A DNA stretch of 59,122 bases from Candidatus Adlerbacteria bacterium RIFOXYC1_FULL_48_26 (GCA_001773575.1 MEXB01000012.1:1-59122), one strand, 5' to 3'. Shown: positions 46,283 to 55,550, counted from the first letter of the stretch. Notes: generated by a model not told the origin, from the sequence alone. Program-made: numbers and translations.

Positions 46283-48502
46283 GTGACCTCAAACGACCAA
46301 CTTTCTGAGCATTTCCGCCTGGCCGAACCACAGAAACTAGCGCTTAAAAAGCTTGGCATTACTACTGTTCACGACTTGCTCTACCACTTCCCTGCCCGCT
46401 TTGACCAAGCTGGCGGAGAATCTAATGTTGGACAGCTCCAACTTGGACAAGAGGTGACACTTGTTGGAACGCTAGAGAAACTAGAAACAAAAAAATCATG
46501 GAAAAGTAGAATCCCGATGTCGGAAGGATATCTTCGCGACCAAAGTGGGCGCGTTAAGTTGATGTGGTTTAACCAGCCATACATCGCAAAGATGTATGCA
46601 GACGGCACGCACGTGAAAGCGACGGGTAAAGTCACGGGCTCTGCTGGAAAACTCTACGTAGCAAACCCACAACTCGAAAAAATGTCTTCGGACGAAGTAA
46701 CGCTGTTCGCTACACAGAAACCTTCTCTCGAAAAAGTCCTCGGGGGTCCTCGGTTTCCTTCGGAAACCTTGCGCCAGACTTTTTCTCAAGAAGTTTCTGT
46801 TCCGCAGTTCTTTGCCGTTTATCCTGAAACTAAGGGCATTACGTCACTGTGGTTTAGGCATGCAATTAAAAAAGTAGTCGCAGAAGGTGCAATAGAAACC
46901 GCAGAAGATCCTATTCCGCCAGAAATCCTAAAACGCTACAACCTACCGACACTGAAAACTGCCCTTGTCTGGATCCATGCACCAGAGAAGCTAAAAGATT
47001 TTGAAGCAGCAAAAAAGCGTTTTGCGTTTGAAGAGGTCTTTATGATCCAGTTGGAGCGTGGCATTGAGCGCCGAAAGCAACTCAAAGAAAAAAGCTTTGC
47101 GGTTGATGCACCTAAAAAAGCTGTTGATGATTTTATAGGGACCTTCCCCTTCCAAGCCACGAACGCACAAGAAAAAGCCATCGAGGCAATTTTACAAGAC
47201 ATGCGAAGCGGCCATCCAATGTCACGCCTACTTGAAGGCGACGTGGGTTCAGGAAAAACAGCAGTAGCGGCTACTGCTGCATATGCTGCAGTACGCACGC
47301 GCCCAGAGAACCAAAAATTTGGCACGCTCCAAGTTGCCTACATGGCACCGACAGAAATTTTGGCAAAACAACACTTCGAGTCGTTTATAAAATATTTTGA
47401 AACCTTTCCGATAAATATTGGGCTTATTACAGGAAGTGGGTGTTACAAGTTCCCCTCAAAAATTGGCCGCGGCAAATCTACAACCATTTCTCGCACGCAA
47501 CTTTTAAAGTGGGTAGCGAATGGTGAAATCCCTGTTCTTATTGGCACGCATGCGCTTATCCAGAAATCAGTAAAGTTCAAACACTTGGCACTTGTTGTTA
47601 TAGACGAACAACATCGTTTTGGCACCGCACAACGACAAAAACTCGCACAAAAAGAAGTACGTGTCCCACACTTACTTTCTATGACCGCCACACCTATCCC
47701 CCGCACATTGGCTCTGACTATATATGGAGACTTAGACCTCACCCTTCTTGATGAAATGCCCGCGGGCCGCAAACGGATCATTACAGAAATTGTTAAGCCG
47801 GATAAGCGAGGCGATGCATATGCAAAAATCCACGAACAGCTGAAAGAAGGTCGACAAGCGTATGTTATTTGTCCACGCATTGATGAACCGGATCCAGATA
47901 AAGCATTTGCCCTCCAAGCAAAGTCAGTTAAAGCAGAAGCAAAACGCCTAAAAGAAAAAGTATTCCCTGAATATGAGATAGATATTTTGCACAGCAAAAT
48001 GACGCCTAAGGAGAAAGATTTGGTAATGAAACGTTTCTCTGACCATGAGATAGATATTCTGGTTGCAACATCGGTGGTTGAAGTGGGCGTAAACGTACCT
48101 AACGCAACAATGATATTTATAGAGGGTGCAGAACGTTTTGGTTTAGCACAGCTCCACCAACTTCGCGGCCGCGTTGTACGCTCAAACCATCAAGCATATT
48201 GCTTTGTCTGCCCTGAAAGCCGCGGCGAAACAACACTCGCACGTCTTAAGGCGTTGGTTACGGCAAAAAATGGATTTGAACTTGCAGAACAAGACTTGCT
48301 TCAACGCGGCCCTGGAGAACTTTCCGGCCGCAAACAATGGGGCATCTCCGATATCGGCATGGAAGCTCTTAAAAATCTGAAGCTTGTTGAAGCTGCGCGC
48401 ACTGAAGCACTTACCCTTGTACAGAAAGATGAGAATCTGAAAAAGTATCCCCTACTCCAACACGCCCTCTTCGCACGAGCAAATGCTGTTCATTTTGAAT
48501 AA
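46283..48502 (+). CDS. recG: ATP-dependent DNA helicase RecG
   Basis: 739 aa. GTG start, wedge/OB N-terminus, Walker A GDVGSGKT, DEQH box VIDEQHRFG and motif VI QLRGRVVR. Confidence 0.93.
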   Translation: MTSNDQLSEHFRLAEPQKLALKKLGITTVHDLLYHFPARFDQAGGESNVGQLQLGQEVTLVGTLEKLETKKSWKSRIPMSEGYLRDQSGRVKLMWFNQPYIAKMYADGTHVKATGKVTGSAGKLYVANPQLEKMSSDEVTLFATQKPSLEKVLGGPRFPSETLRQTFSQEVSVPQFFAVYPETKGITSLWFRHAIKKVVAEGAIETAEDPIPPEILKRYNLPTLKTALVWIHAPEKLKDFEAAKKRFAFEEVFMIQLERGIERRKQLKEKSFAVDAPKKAVDDFIGTFPFQATNAQEKAIEAILQDMRSGHPMSRLLEGDVGSGKTAVAATAAYAAVRTRPENQKFGTLQVAYMAPTEILAKQHFESFIKYFETFPINIGLITGSGCYKFPSKIGRGKSTTISRTQLLKWVANGEIPVLIGTHALIQKSVKFKHLALVVIDEQHRFGTAQRQKLAQKEVRVPHLLSMTATPIPRTLALTIYGDLDLTLLDEMPAGRKRIITEIVKPDKRGDAYAKIHEQLKEGRQAYVICPRIDEPDPDKAFALQAKSVKAEAKRLKEKVFPEYEIDILHSKMTPKEKDLVMKRFSDHEIDILVATSVVEVGVNVPNATMIFIEGAERFGLAQLHQLRGRVVRSNHQAYCFVCPESRGETTLARLKALVTAKNGFELAEQDLLQRGPGELSGRKQWGISDIGMEALKNLKLVEAARTEALTLVQKDENLKKYPLLQHALFARANAVHFE

Positions 48503-48530
48503 AAAGAAAAGGCCTGGGGTTGCCAGGCCT
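48501..48530 (-). terminator. rho-independent terminator (also a hairpin at the recG 3' end)
   Basis: aggcctgg / ccaggcct stem (48510-48517 / 48523-48530). The U-tract is on the minus strand only. Confidence 0.65.
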
Positions 48531-48534
48531 TACT

Positions 48535-48735
48535 TCAGGTACGGCGCAGTTGGAACTTGCGCCTACGCTCGCGATCACGTTGCCAGTCGGAAATCTTGTG
48601 TTTCAAGATGACTTCAGCCCCATCCTTGAAGATCCCAGACGGGTACGACACATCATGCTTTTTCCGAATGTAGTAGTCCCAGCGTCGTCCCAGATACTTG
48701 TTCCAGAAGCCCACCAGCCACTTCACTAGCACCAT
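48535..48735 (-). CDS. small basic hypothetical protein (66 aa)
   Basis: ATG at 48735 preceded by GGAGGTGG at 5-nt spacing. Own terminator. Arg/Lys-rich C-terminus (RDRERRRKFQLRRT). Confidence 0.5.
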   Translation of the reverse strand: MVLVKWLVGFWNKYLGRRWDYYIRKKHDVSYPSGIFKDGAEVILKHKISDWQRDRERRRKFQLRRT

Positions 48736-48813
48736 TACCACCTCCAGTAATTACCTCTGCAGAAAGTCTAGACCCGCGACAACTAAAGCGCAATGGGTTA
48801 CTATCTTTGCATC

Positions 48814-48866
48814 AGGGCGCGTAGTCCCGACGCCTTGGTCGGGATCCCGACTGAAACGTCGGGACT
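48814..48866 (+). repeat. 11-nt copy of the tRNA-Ile 5' end followed by twin hairpins
   Basis: agggcgcgtag (48814-48824) equals 48879-48889. Then come TCCCGAC-GCCTTG-GTCGGGA and TCCCGAC-TGAAAC-GTCGGGA. These are two 7-bp stems of identical sequence. Confidence 0.7.
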
Positions 48867-48879
48867 CAGTAAAATTCAA

Positions 48880-48954
48880 GGGCGCGTAGCTCAGTGGTAG
48901 AGCAGTCGTCTTATACACGACCGGTCGAAGGTTCGATCCCTTCCGCGCCCACCA
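48880..48954 (+). tRNA. tRNA-Ile(TAT)
   Basis: GGGCGCG-TA-GCTC-AGTGGTA-GAGC-A-GTCGT-CTTATAC-ACGAC-CGGTC-GAAGG-TTCGATC-CCTTC-CGCGCCC-A-CCA. Confidence 0.88.
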
Positions 48955-48979
48955 AAAATATTGGTCTATAATAAAACTT

Positions 48980-49801
48980 ATGTCTAAGCGAGGCTTCACC
49001 CTCATCGAATTGTTGGTCGTTATCTCCATCATCGGCGTGCTTGCATCTGTTGTGATGGCGTCTCTTTCCAGCGCACGACAAAAAGCTCGTATTTCCAACG
49101 GTGAGAATTTCAGAGCGCAGCTTGCGAACGCCCTCGGCGACCGAGTAACGGGACAGTGGGACTTAAGCGAATGCACTGGTACTACTGTTGCTGATAGTTC
49201 TGGATATGGTGCCAACGGTACATTTGTAGGAAGTCCAGTGTGGAGCACGGACACACCCACAGGCAAAGGCTGCGCACTCGACTTAACAGGCACCGACTAT
49301 GTGAGTGTGCTGGACAAGCCTTCGCTTAGTCCTGGCACAGGAAGCATGACCTATGCGGCGTGGGTAAGGTACCCAAACCCTCCTGCCGCGACGACCGTGT
49401 TGATGCGTAAAGGATCAAACACTGCAAACAGAGAATTCTCTATGTATGTCGCAACAACTGGTAGGTTCTCTTGCACACTAAACAGTACTCCAGCTGTCAC
49501 CGTTACAACGACGAACGGCTGGCTTGACGACAACTGGCACCATTTTGTGTGCGTACTGGACCGCACAAATAGCGTTATTGAGGTTTATATAGATGGGACG
49601 CTGCAAGCAAGCGGGAGTGCAACGGCGCTCGATGGGGTTAATATCAACTACGGCCACTCACTGACATTTTCTCTTGCGTCTGCCTCAGCAGTTTCTAGCT
49701 CAATCGCAAAGATCCAAATGTACGCCACGAACCTCACCGCACAAGCAGTTGGCAAACTCTACGCAGAGGAAAAACCAGCATTCTTAGTTGCAGGAAACTA
49801 G
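48980..49801 (+). CDS. type IV pilin-like protein with C-terminal LamG/concanavalin-like domain
   Basis: 273 aa. [25 protein letters not shown] prepilin motif. C-terminal region with ...MTYAAWV...WHHFVCVLD...IEVYIDG..., typical of Laminin_G_3. Confidence 0.75.
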   Translation: MSKRGFTLIELLVVISIIGVLASVVMASLSSARQKARISNGENFRAQLANALGDRVTGQWDLSECTGTTVADSSGYGANGTFVGSPVWSTDTPTGKGCALDLTGTDYVSVLDKPSLSPGTGSMTYAAWVRYPNPPAATTVLMRKGSNTANREFSMYVATTGRFSCTLNSTPAVTVTTTNGWLDDNWHHFVCVLDRTNSVIEVYIDGTLQASGSATALDGVNINYGHSLTFSLASASAVSSSIAKIQMYATNLTAQAVGKLYAEEKPAFLVAGN

Positions 49802-50868
49802 TTTACGGACGGAGCTTTGTATATTTTACCCGAGGAGTACGTGTGATTTTTATCTTGCGCGTCGTAGGGCACGTCTAAGTCGTACCCTGAGACAGTAAAG
49901 GTAGAGACATCAGCGTCTGACATAAGCTCCATGTTGTAATACACATTTTTTGCATCTTTTGCGTAGCCATATTGAAGCGGCACAAATGTCTCAGGTTCAG
50001 CACCTTTTATGACACCGTCGTACGTGAACACCTGCGTTGCGTCCCTACCATAGTACTCATATTCCACATCGATTAACTCGAAGGTTGCTGGGTCGGCACC
50101 GACAATTACATTTCCGTCACTGTATACACGGTCCTTGTCTTTAGCCCAATAATCGCCGATCACTGTAAAAGTGCCCGCATCAACTCCTTTTATAATCTCT
50201 CCACCATAATAGGCAGTGCGGTGGTCGTATCCATATGCGCCCTCTACCTCAAATGTATCGGGGTCAGCTTTTGGCAAAAGCTTATCAGAGTAGTACACAT
50301 ACATGTCGTCTGCAGCATAAGGACTATTCTCAGCAAGAATACGGATTGGTGCGTGGAACCCTTCATCTGATGGGAAAGGGGCAAACAACGCAAGAAACAC
50401 AAACCCAGCAATAAGCGAGTATTGTATCGCTGGAGTAATTGGCGAGGATTTTGGATATGTATTTTCGTAGGTTGCTTTTCCAAATCCAAGTATTGGGTAG
50501 AAAATAAATGGAAGGAAAATAAGCCCGATAGTAAACCACCACCCTTTTCCAAAGACTACTGCGAGGCGATGAATCAAGATAACCGAAGGTATGATGCTTA
50601 CGATTGGAATAATGAGAAGAAATATCCACCAAAGAGGCGCGTGAGTATACTCAAGTTCTTTTGCGCTGCTGTAAAAAGGTATGAGTGAGTACCAGCCAGG
50701 CATACCCATCTTTTTGAACATGTACCATCTCGATACAAGAACGAGAGTGATCGCGACGAGCACAATAGCCACTAGAGCAAGGACTATTGAAATTAAAGCA
50801 GCCATTTCTGATTTCGAAACAGCACCATATAGCTCTGTGGGCGTGACAAAAGATAACCAATGAGACAT
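49798..50868 (-). CDS. membrane protein with C-terminal DKNYY-type repeats
   Basis: 356 aa. Polytopic N-terminal half (DUF5684-like). C-terminal repeats AKDKDRVYSDG...ADPATFE and AKDAKNVYYN...ADVSTFT. Confidence 0.65.
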   Translation of the reverse strand: MSHWLSFVTPTELYGAVSKSEMAALISIVLALVAIVLVAITLVLVSRWYMFKKMGMPGWYSLIPFYSSAKELEYTHAPLWWIFLLIIPIVSIIPSVILIHRLAVVFGKGWWFTIGLIFLPFIFYPILGFGKATYENTYPKSSPITPAIQYSLIAGFVFLALFAPFPSDEGFHAPIRILAENSPYAADDMYVYYSDKLLPKADPDTFEVEGAYGYDHRTAYYGGEIIKGVDAGTFTVIGDYWAKDKDRVYSDGNVIVGADPATFELIDVEYEYYGRDATQVFTYDGVIKGAEPETFVPLQYGYAKDAKNVYYNMELMSDADVSTFTVSGYDLDVPYDAQDKNHTYSSGKIYKAPSVN

Positions 50869-50954
50869 AGAGAGACGATTATGTGTATAAATTTACTACC
50901 CAAACTCTACCATTAAAAGATAGTTCGTTAAGACCGTATCCCCACACTTTCTCG

Positions 50955-52925
50955 TTAGAAGTTAACGGTGACTGGTTTTACCTCTATTTCTTGTTTCTTT
51001 TTTGGAGTAACGCCGTGTGCAATGAGAATACTTTCAAATTCTTCACGTTCAAGAGTTTCTGTTTCTATCAAGCGAGTAGCGATTGCGTTAAGTAGTGGGC
51101 GGTGGTCGTCAATTATTTTCTGTGCCTTCTTGTATGCCTCGTCCATAATGCGTCGCACTTCCCCATCGACTTCAGCAGACACCTTTTCAGAATATTCTTT
51201 ACCGTTTACACCTGCACCAAAGAGTGCGCGACCATCGCTTCCTTCAAGCGCAACAGTTCCAACTTTTTCTGACATACCAAAGCGAGTGACCATATCGCGT
51301 GCCAAAGCACTTGAAACTTGGAGGTCGTTAGAAGGGCCAGTGGTTACATCGTCAAAGACTGTCTTTTCAGCAACATAGCCGCCGAGTGACATTGCAATAT
51401 CGTCGAGGAATTCTTTCTTGCTTTGCATGCGCTTATCTTCAAACGGAAGTTTGAGTGTATAGCCTGCCGCACGGCCACGAGAGATGATAGAGATCTTGTG
51501 GACTGGGTCTGCGTGTGGGAGAAGTGACGCAACGATAGCGTGACCTGCCTCGTGGTATGCAGTGATCTCTTTTTCCTTCGCATTCATTACATGCGACTTG
51601 CGCTCAGGCCCAAGCATAACCTTTTCAATCGAGCGAATGAGGTCGAACTGTGCGACTGTCTTGCGGCCTTCGCGTGCTGCGAGAATTGCAGCCTCGTTCA
51701 TCAAGTTTGCCAAGTCTGCGCCAGAGAACCCTGGAGTGCGCTCTGCAATAACTTCCAAGTTCACATCTTCTGCAAGAGGTTTCTTGCGTGCATGTGTAGT
51801 CAAAATATCTTTTCGGTCGTGGCGGTCAGGCAAATCGATTGCGACACGGCGGTCGAAGCGGCCTGGGCGCACAAGTGCTGGGTCGAGCACGTCAGGGCGG
51901 TTCGTTGCTGCCATGACGATAACTTTTTCGTTTGGTTCAAAACCGTCCATCTCGACGAGGATCTGGTTGAGAGTTTGTTCACGTTCATCATTTCCACCAC
52001 CCACACCTGTGCCGCGTACGCGGCCGACTGCGTCGATTTCATCAACGAAGATAATTGCAGGCGCTGCGTGCTTTGCCATGTGGAAGAGGTCGCGCACGCG
52101 CGATGCGCCAACACCGACGAACATTTCTACGAACTCAGAACCGGAGATCGAGTAGAACGGTACGCCTGCCTCCCCCGCCACTGCACGGGCAAGCAATGTT
52201 TTTCCGGTACCAGCTGGGCCCATAAGCAAGATACCTTTTGGAATACGCGCACCGATGTCCAAGAATTTTTTAGGGTTCTTCAAAAAGTCGACGATTTCGA
52301 GCAATTCTATTTTTGCTTCTTTTGCACCTGCCACATCTTTAAACGTAACTTTCTGTGATTTGTCGTTAGGGTCAATGACGCGGTGCTTTGACTGGCCGAA
52401 TGAAAACGCCTGCATACCAGCACCCTTCACTTGGCGTGAGAGATACCAGACAAAGAACGCTATCAAAAGAAGTGGTGCGATAAACGGCGCGAGAATACCG
52501 AGCCAGTACTGCCAACCACTCTGGCGCTCAATGCTAACAATTATTTTATCGAGAGCGTCTTTTGAAACACCGTAGTTGTTGAGAGTTTGTGTAAGTGCGG
52601 CGTCAGGTTCTTTCTTAGAAATTTTCTTTACGGGCTCAGCCTCCCCTACAGGCGCGTAGGTGATGGTGAGTTCGTCACCGCTTACTACTATCTGTGAGAC
52701 TGTGCCTGACTGTATATCTTGCGCGAGCTGCGATACAGGGATAATCTCCGGCGCACTCTCTTCAGCGCCGGTGAAGTATGAGTATGCGCTCGTAATTATA
52801 AGAAGAATAAGAACTGTTGTAGCAACATTCACCCAAAAAGAATTCTTTGGGAGTTTAGGCAACTGCACCTTGCCGTCGCGCTTCTTTAGTCCGTTGTTTT
52901 TATGAGGCATTTTTTGATCAACCAT
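50955..52925 (-). CDS. ftsH: ATP-dependent zinc metalloprotease FtsH
   Basis: Walker A GPAGTGKT, Walker [12 protein letters not shown] and HEAGH zinc site. The start is ambiguous (ATG at 52925 or 52910). I rejected the track extension to 53003 because it overlaps smpB. Confidence 0.92.
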   Translation of the reverse strand: MVDQKMPHKNNGLKKRDGKVQLPKLPKNSFWVNVATTVLILLIITSAYSYFTGAEESAPEIIPVSQLAQDIQSGTVSQIVVSGDELTITYAPVGEAEPVKKISKKEPDAALTQTLNNYGVSKDALDKIIVSIERQSGWQYWLGILAPFIAPLLLIAFFVWYLSRQVKGAGMQAFSFGQSKHRVIDPNDKSQKVTFKDVAGAKEAKIELLEIVDFLKNPKKFLDIGARIPKGILLMGPAGTGKTLLARAVAGEAGVPFYSISGSEFVEMFVGVGASRVRDLFHMAKHAAPAIIFVDEIDAVGRVRGTGVGGGNDEREQTLNQILVEMDGFEPNEKVIVMAATNRPDVLDPALVRPGRFDRRVAIDLPDRHDRKDILTTHARKKPLAEDVNLEVIAERTPGFSGADLANLMNEAAILAAREGRKTVAQFDLIRSIEKVMLGPERKSHVMNAKEKEITAYHEAGHAIVASLLPHADPVHKISIISRGRAAGYTLKLPFEDKRMQSKKEFLDDIAMSLGGYVAEKTVFDDVTTGPSNDLQVSSALARDMVTRFGMSEKVGTVALEGSDGRALFGAGVNGKEYSEKVSAEVDGEVRRIMDEAYKKAQKIIDDHRPLLNAIATRLIETETLEREEFESILIAHGVTPKKKQEIEVKPVTVNF

Positions 52926-52933
52926 TTGGAAAC

Positions 52934-52962
52934 ATAATACCATTCTGAGGCATTTCTGCCAA
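52934..52962 (-). promoter_or_regulatory. candidate sigma70-type promoter for ftsH
   Basis: Minus strand reads TTGGCA (52962-52957), a 17-nt spacer, then TATTAT (52939-52934). This is 8 nt upstream of the ATG at 52925. Confidence 0.4.
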
Positions 52963-52983
52963 AAAATTGGTATAGTCACCTTG

Positions 52984-53427
52984 ATGAATCTCATCGAACA
53001 CAAGAAGGCGCGACTAGACTATGAGATCCTCGAAGAGTTCGAGGCGGGCATCGAATTGCTCGGACACGAAGTGAAGAGCATCCGCGCTCGTCATGGGAAA
53101 CTCGAAGGCTCACACGTCATCATCCGAGGCGGCGAGGCATACATTGTTGGGATGCATATCCCTCCCTACCAGGCGGCAAACACCCCAGATGACTACGACC
53201 CAGACCGCAGCCGCAAACTCCTCCTTATAAAGAAAGAGCTTGGCGAATTGGCAACGTTTGAATCGCAGAAAGGCTTGACAATTGTGCCTATTTCAGTGTA
53301 TAATAAAGGTAGTAAATTAAAGGTGAAGGTCGCTGTAGGGCGCGGACGTAAGAATTACGACAAGCGCGCCGTCTTGAAGAAGAGGGACACCGACCGCGAC
53401 ATTCGAAGGACGTTGAAAAATCAATAA
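52984..53427 (+). CDS. smpB: SsrA-binding protein SmpB
   Basis: N-terminus NKKARLDYEILE..EAGIEL.G.EVKS and C-terminal basic tail. ATG at 52984, one codon after the track's TTG. Confidence 0.92.
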   Translation: MNLIEHKKARLDYEILEEFEAGIELLGHEVKSIRARHGKLEGSHVIIRGGEAYIVGMHIPPYQAANTPDDYDPDRSRKLLLIKKELGELATFESQKGLTIVPISVYNKGSKLKVKVAVGRGRKNYDKRAVLKKRDTDRDIRRTLKNQ

Positions 53428-53485
53428 TGGACAGTGAGTAGGTCAAAAATCTGCACCAAGCACGGGCTAGCGTCGCGGACTTGGT

Positions 53486-53857
53486 GGGGATGACAGGCCT
53501 AGACATTGCAACCACTCTTTAAGTTGCCGAGCAGAACTGGGATAATTCTTTAAACTGTCCCAAACTCTAACTGGCAAATCAGTTGCGTCACCGTTTTTCA
53601 CGGTGAACGATTTCGCGTTCGCCTACGCTAAGGCTTAACGTGTCACTTCCCTTCCAACACTCGTGAGGAAGGATCAAGTGTTATAACATCGAGTCGCTCT
53701 AGACGGCCTGTTCACCCGTTTAGCTAAGACTTGAACTTTGCCTAACCGCGCTTTCGTTCGTTTTCTATTCGGTTAGGTGAGCAACAAAAGCGGACTACGT
53801 TTGGTAGATTGCTTAAAGAATTTGCTTTGCACCCGGGTTCAACTCCCGGCATCTCCA
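53486..53857 (+). ncRNA. ssrA: tmRNA
   Basis: 5' GGGGATGACAGGCCTAGACA pairs with 3' CATCTCC-A. tRNA-like T-arm CCGGG-TTCAACT-CCCGG. Internal tag frame ends ...VNDFAFAYAKA-TAA (stop at 53636-53638). Directly follows smpB and has its own terminator. Confidence 0.85.
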
Positions 53858-53867
53858 CTCGACTCGC

Positions 53868-53897
53868 AAAAACCACCGTTAGGTGGTTTTTGTTTTT
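53868..53897 (+). terminator. rho-independent terminator after tmRNA
   Basis: aaccacc-gtta-ggtggtt, then tttgttttt. Confidence 0.75.
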
Positions 53898-54319
53898 CCT
53901 GTAAATACGCGGACATATTCGTGGTACTCGCCGTAGTCGGCTACAAGCTCTTCCCCTTTCTTTATTTTGCGGGCAGTAAGAAACACCTCCCCTTTGTCAC
54001 GAGCCACCATGTTGGGTTTGCCGGAGTGATTTAAGAAATATGATTTATCTATCGCATCAATACCGTAGTCGGGCACGAAGTACACACCGTCTTGTAGTGC
54101 GCAGAAGTCGCGCACTAGTTGTTTTGCTTCTTTTGGCGCATCACTTCCGTCCAATTCTTTTTCTGAAATCTCGAGAACGTCTCCATGCGGGTCGCAGTTT
54201 TTAAATGGATCAATCCCTTTAGGAATATCGCGTATAGCAACAACCCCCACCCCGTGCGCAGTCACTGCAAGGCGGCACCAGACATCATTCAGTGATTGTA
54301 AAAATTGGCGCTTGTTCAC
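53879..54319 (-). CDS. SET-domain protein (putative lysine methyltransferase)
   Basis: 146 aa. FLNHSGKPN (NHSxxPN) and GEELVADYG (ELxxDY) SET signatures. Confidence 0.75.
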   Translation of the reverse strand: MNKRQFLQSLNDVWCRLAVTAHGVGVVAIRDIPKGIDPFKNCDPHGDVLEISEKELDGSDAPKEAKQLVRDFCALQDGVYFVPDYGIDAIDKSYFLNHSGKPNMVARDKGEVFLTARKIKKGEELVADYGEYHEYVRVFTGKTKTT

Positions 54320-54667
54320 TTACTTAATCTCGATCATGTGAATGTGGAAGTGTGCGGGAATGGACTTAGTGCGGGTAGTTGCTTCCAACAAATAGCGGTA
54401 GTTGTCGTTGATGTACGAACTTTTTATTACTTCGAACTCCGCTCTCTCTTCCTCATTTAATTCTGCAGTATGACGTAGCGTAACTGCCATATCGTGCACT
54501 TTTGCAATTTTGTCGTATGGGAATTCGTTTGGGATAATCTTCCAATACGTAAATAAATGCTTAGGTTCAACGCGGCACAGAGCGCAACTCTGCTCCAGAA
54601 TCCCATCTTCCTTTAATTTCTGATATCGCGCCTCGGTCTCCTCTGTGCGCAGTGTTGGTGTGGACAT
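54320..54667 (-). CDS. HIT-family (histidine triad) protein
   Basis: Start at the ATG at 54667 (MSTPTL...). CALC zinc-like motif and the histidine triad HFHIHMI. Its stop abuts the SET gene start. Confidence 0.7.
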   Translation of the reverse strand: MSTPTLRTEETEARYQKLKEDGILEQSCALCRVEPKHLFTYWKIIPNEFPYDKIAKVHDMAVTLRHTAELNEEERAEFEVIKSSYINDNYRYLLEATTRTKSIPAHFHIHMIEIK

Positions 54668-54825
54668 TAACGAACAGAGTACCACAAACAAAACCTCTCT
54701 TCATGCACCCTTCAGTAGATATTTTCTATTGTTGAGCTGCATGGTGGTAATGAGCACATCACGCACCCGTCACCATTAGTGACCTAGCGATAGGTTTCGA
54801 TTAGTTAATTAATTTGAAATATTTT

Positions 54826-55491
54826 ATGAAAAAAGTACTTGGTCTCTCAACCGCAGCACTTGGTCTCTCAGCACTTATGTTGGCGGGTCCTGCATTCGCT
54901 GCAACAATCTCAACACAGATGGACATCGGCGACACAGGCTCTGACGTAACCACTTTGCAGCAGACGCTTGCAACAGATGCGTCATTATACCCACAAGGTC
55001 TCGTGACTGGATACTTCGGAAGTCTTTCATCTGCAGCCGTACAGCGCTTCCAGGCACGTCATAGCATTGTCTCGAGTGGTACTGCAGCTACAACTGGGTA
55101 TGGTCGTGTCGGCCCATCGACAATAGCAACCTTCAACGCAGTGTATGGAGGAGGAACAACTTCGTACGGGGACACTGCTCCGACAATCTCGAACGTCTCG
55201 CTCACCACAGTCAACGGTGGCATGAACGTCTCTTGGGCCACTGACCAGCAATCAACAGGCATTGTCTATTACAGCACTTCTCCGCTCGTAGTGGCAGAAG
55301 CAACTGGACCAGGCCAGCAGATAAGCGTGTCTGGCAATAACGTGCAGACAGTCACAGCACCCCTTGGTACTGCAAAGTCTCTAACATTGAACAACCTTTC
55401 AGGAAACACGACGTACTACTATATGATTCAGTCCGTCGACACTTCAGGAAAGATTAGTCTTACATGGCCATCAACGTTTGTAACTAACTAG
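54826..55491 (+). CDS. secreted peptidoglycan-binding domain protein with FN3-like C-terminus
   Basis: ATG at 54826 (MKKVLGLSTAALGLSALMLAGPAFA signal peptide). PG_binding_1-like segment G..V..LQ..L......YP.G..TGYFG..S..AV..FQ. Thr/Ser-rich beta domain. Confidence 0.7.
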   Translation: MKKVLGLSTAALGLSALMLAGPAFAATISTQMDIGDTGSDVTTLQQTLATDASLYPQGLVTGYFGSLSSAAVQRFQARHSIVSSGTAATTGYGRVGPSTIATFNAVYGGGTTSYGDTAPTISNVSLTTVNGGMNVSWATDQQSTGIVYYSTSPLVVAEATGPGQQISVSGNNVQTVTAPLGTAKSLTLNNLSGNTTYYYMIQSVDTSGKISLTWPSTFVTN

Positions 55492-55511
55492 TACAGACAA
55501 AGTTCTCAAAC

Positions 55512-55550
55512 AAAAAACTCCCCCTACCGATTGGTGGGGGAGTTTTTGTT
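55512..55550. terminator. bidirectional rho-independent terminator
   Basis: actccccctacc / ggtgggggagt stem, flanked by an A-run and a T-run. Lies between convergent genes. Confidence 0.75.

Noticed and set aside
48751-49293. 180-aa minus-strand ORF
   Set aside because: It runs through tRNA-Ile(TAT) and is antisense to the LamG-pilin gene, which has a perfect prepilin motif.
51540-52358. 272-aa and 197-aa + strand ORFs
   Set aside because: They are antisense to ftsH, which has Walker A/B and HEAGH motifs.
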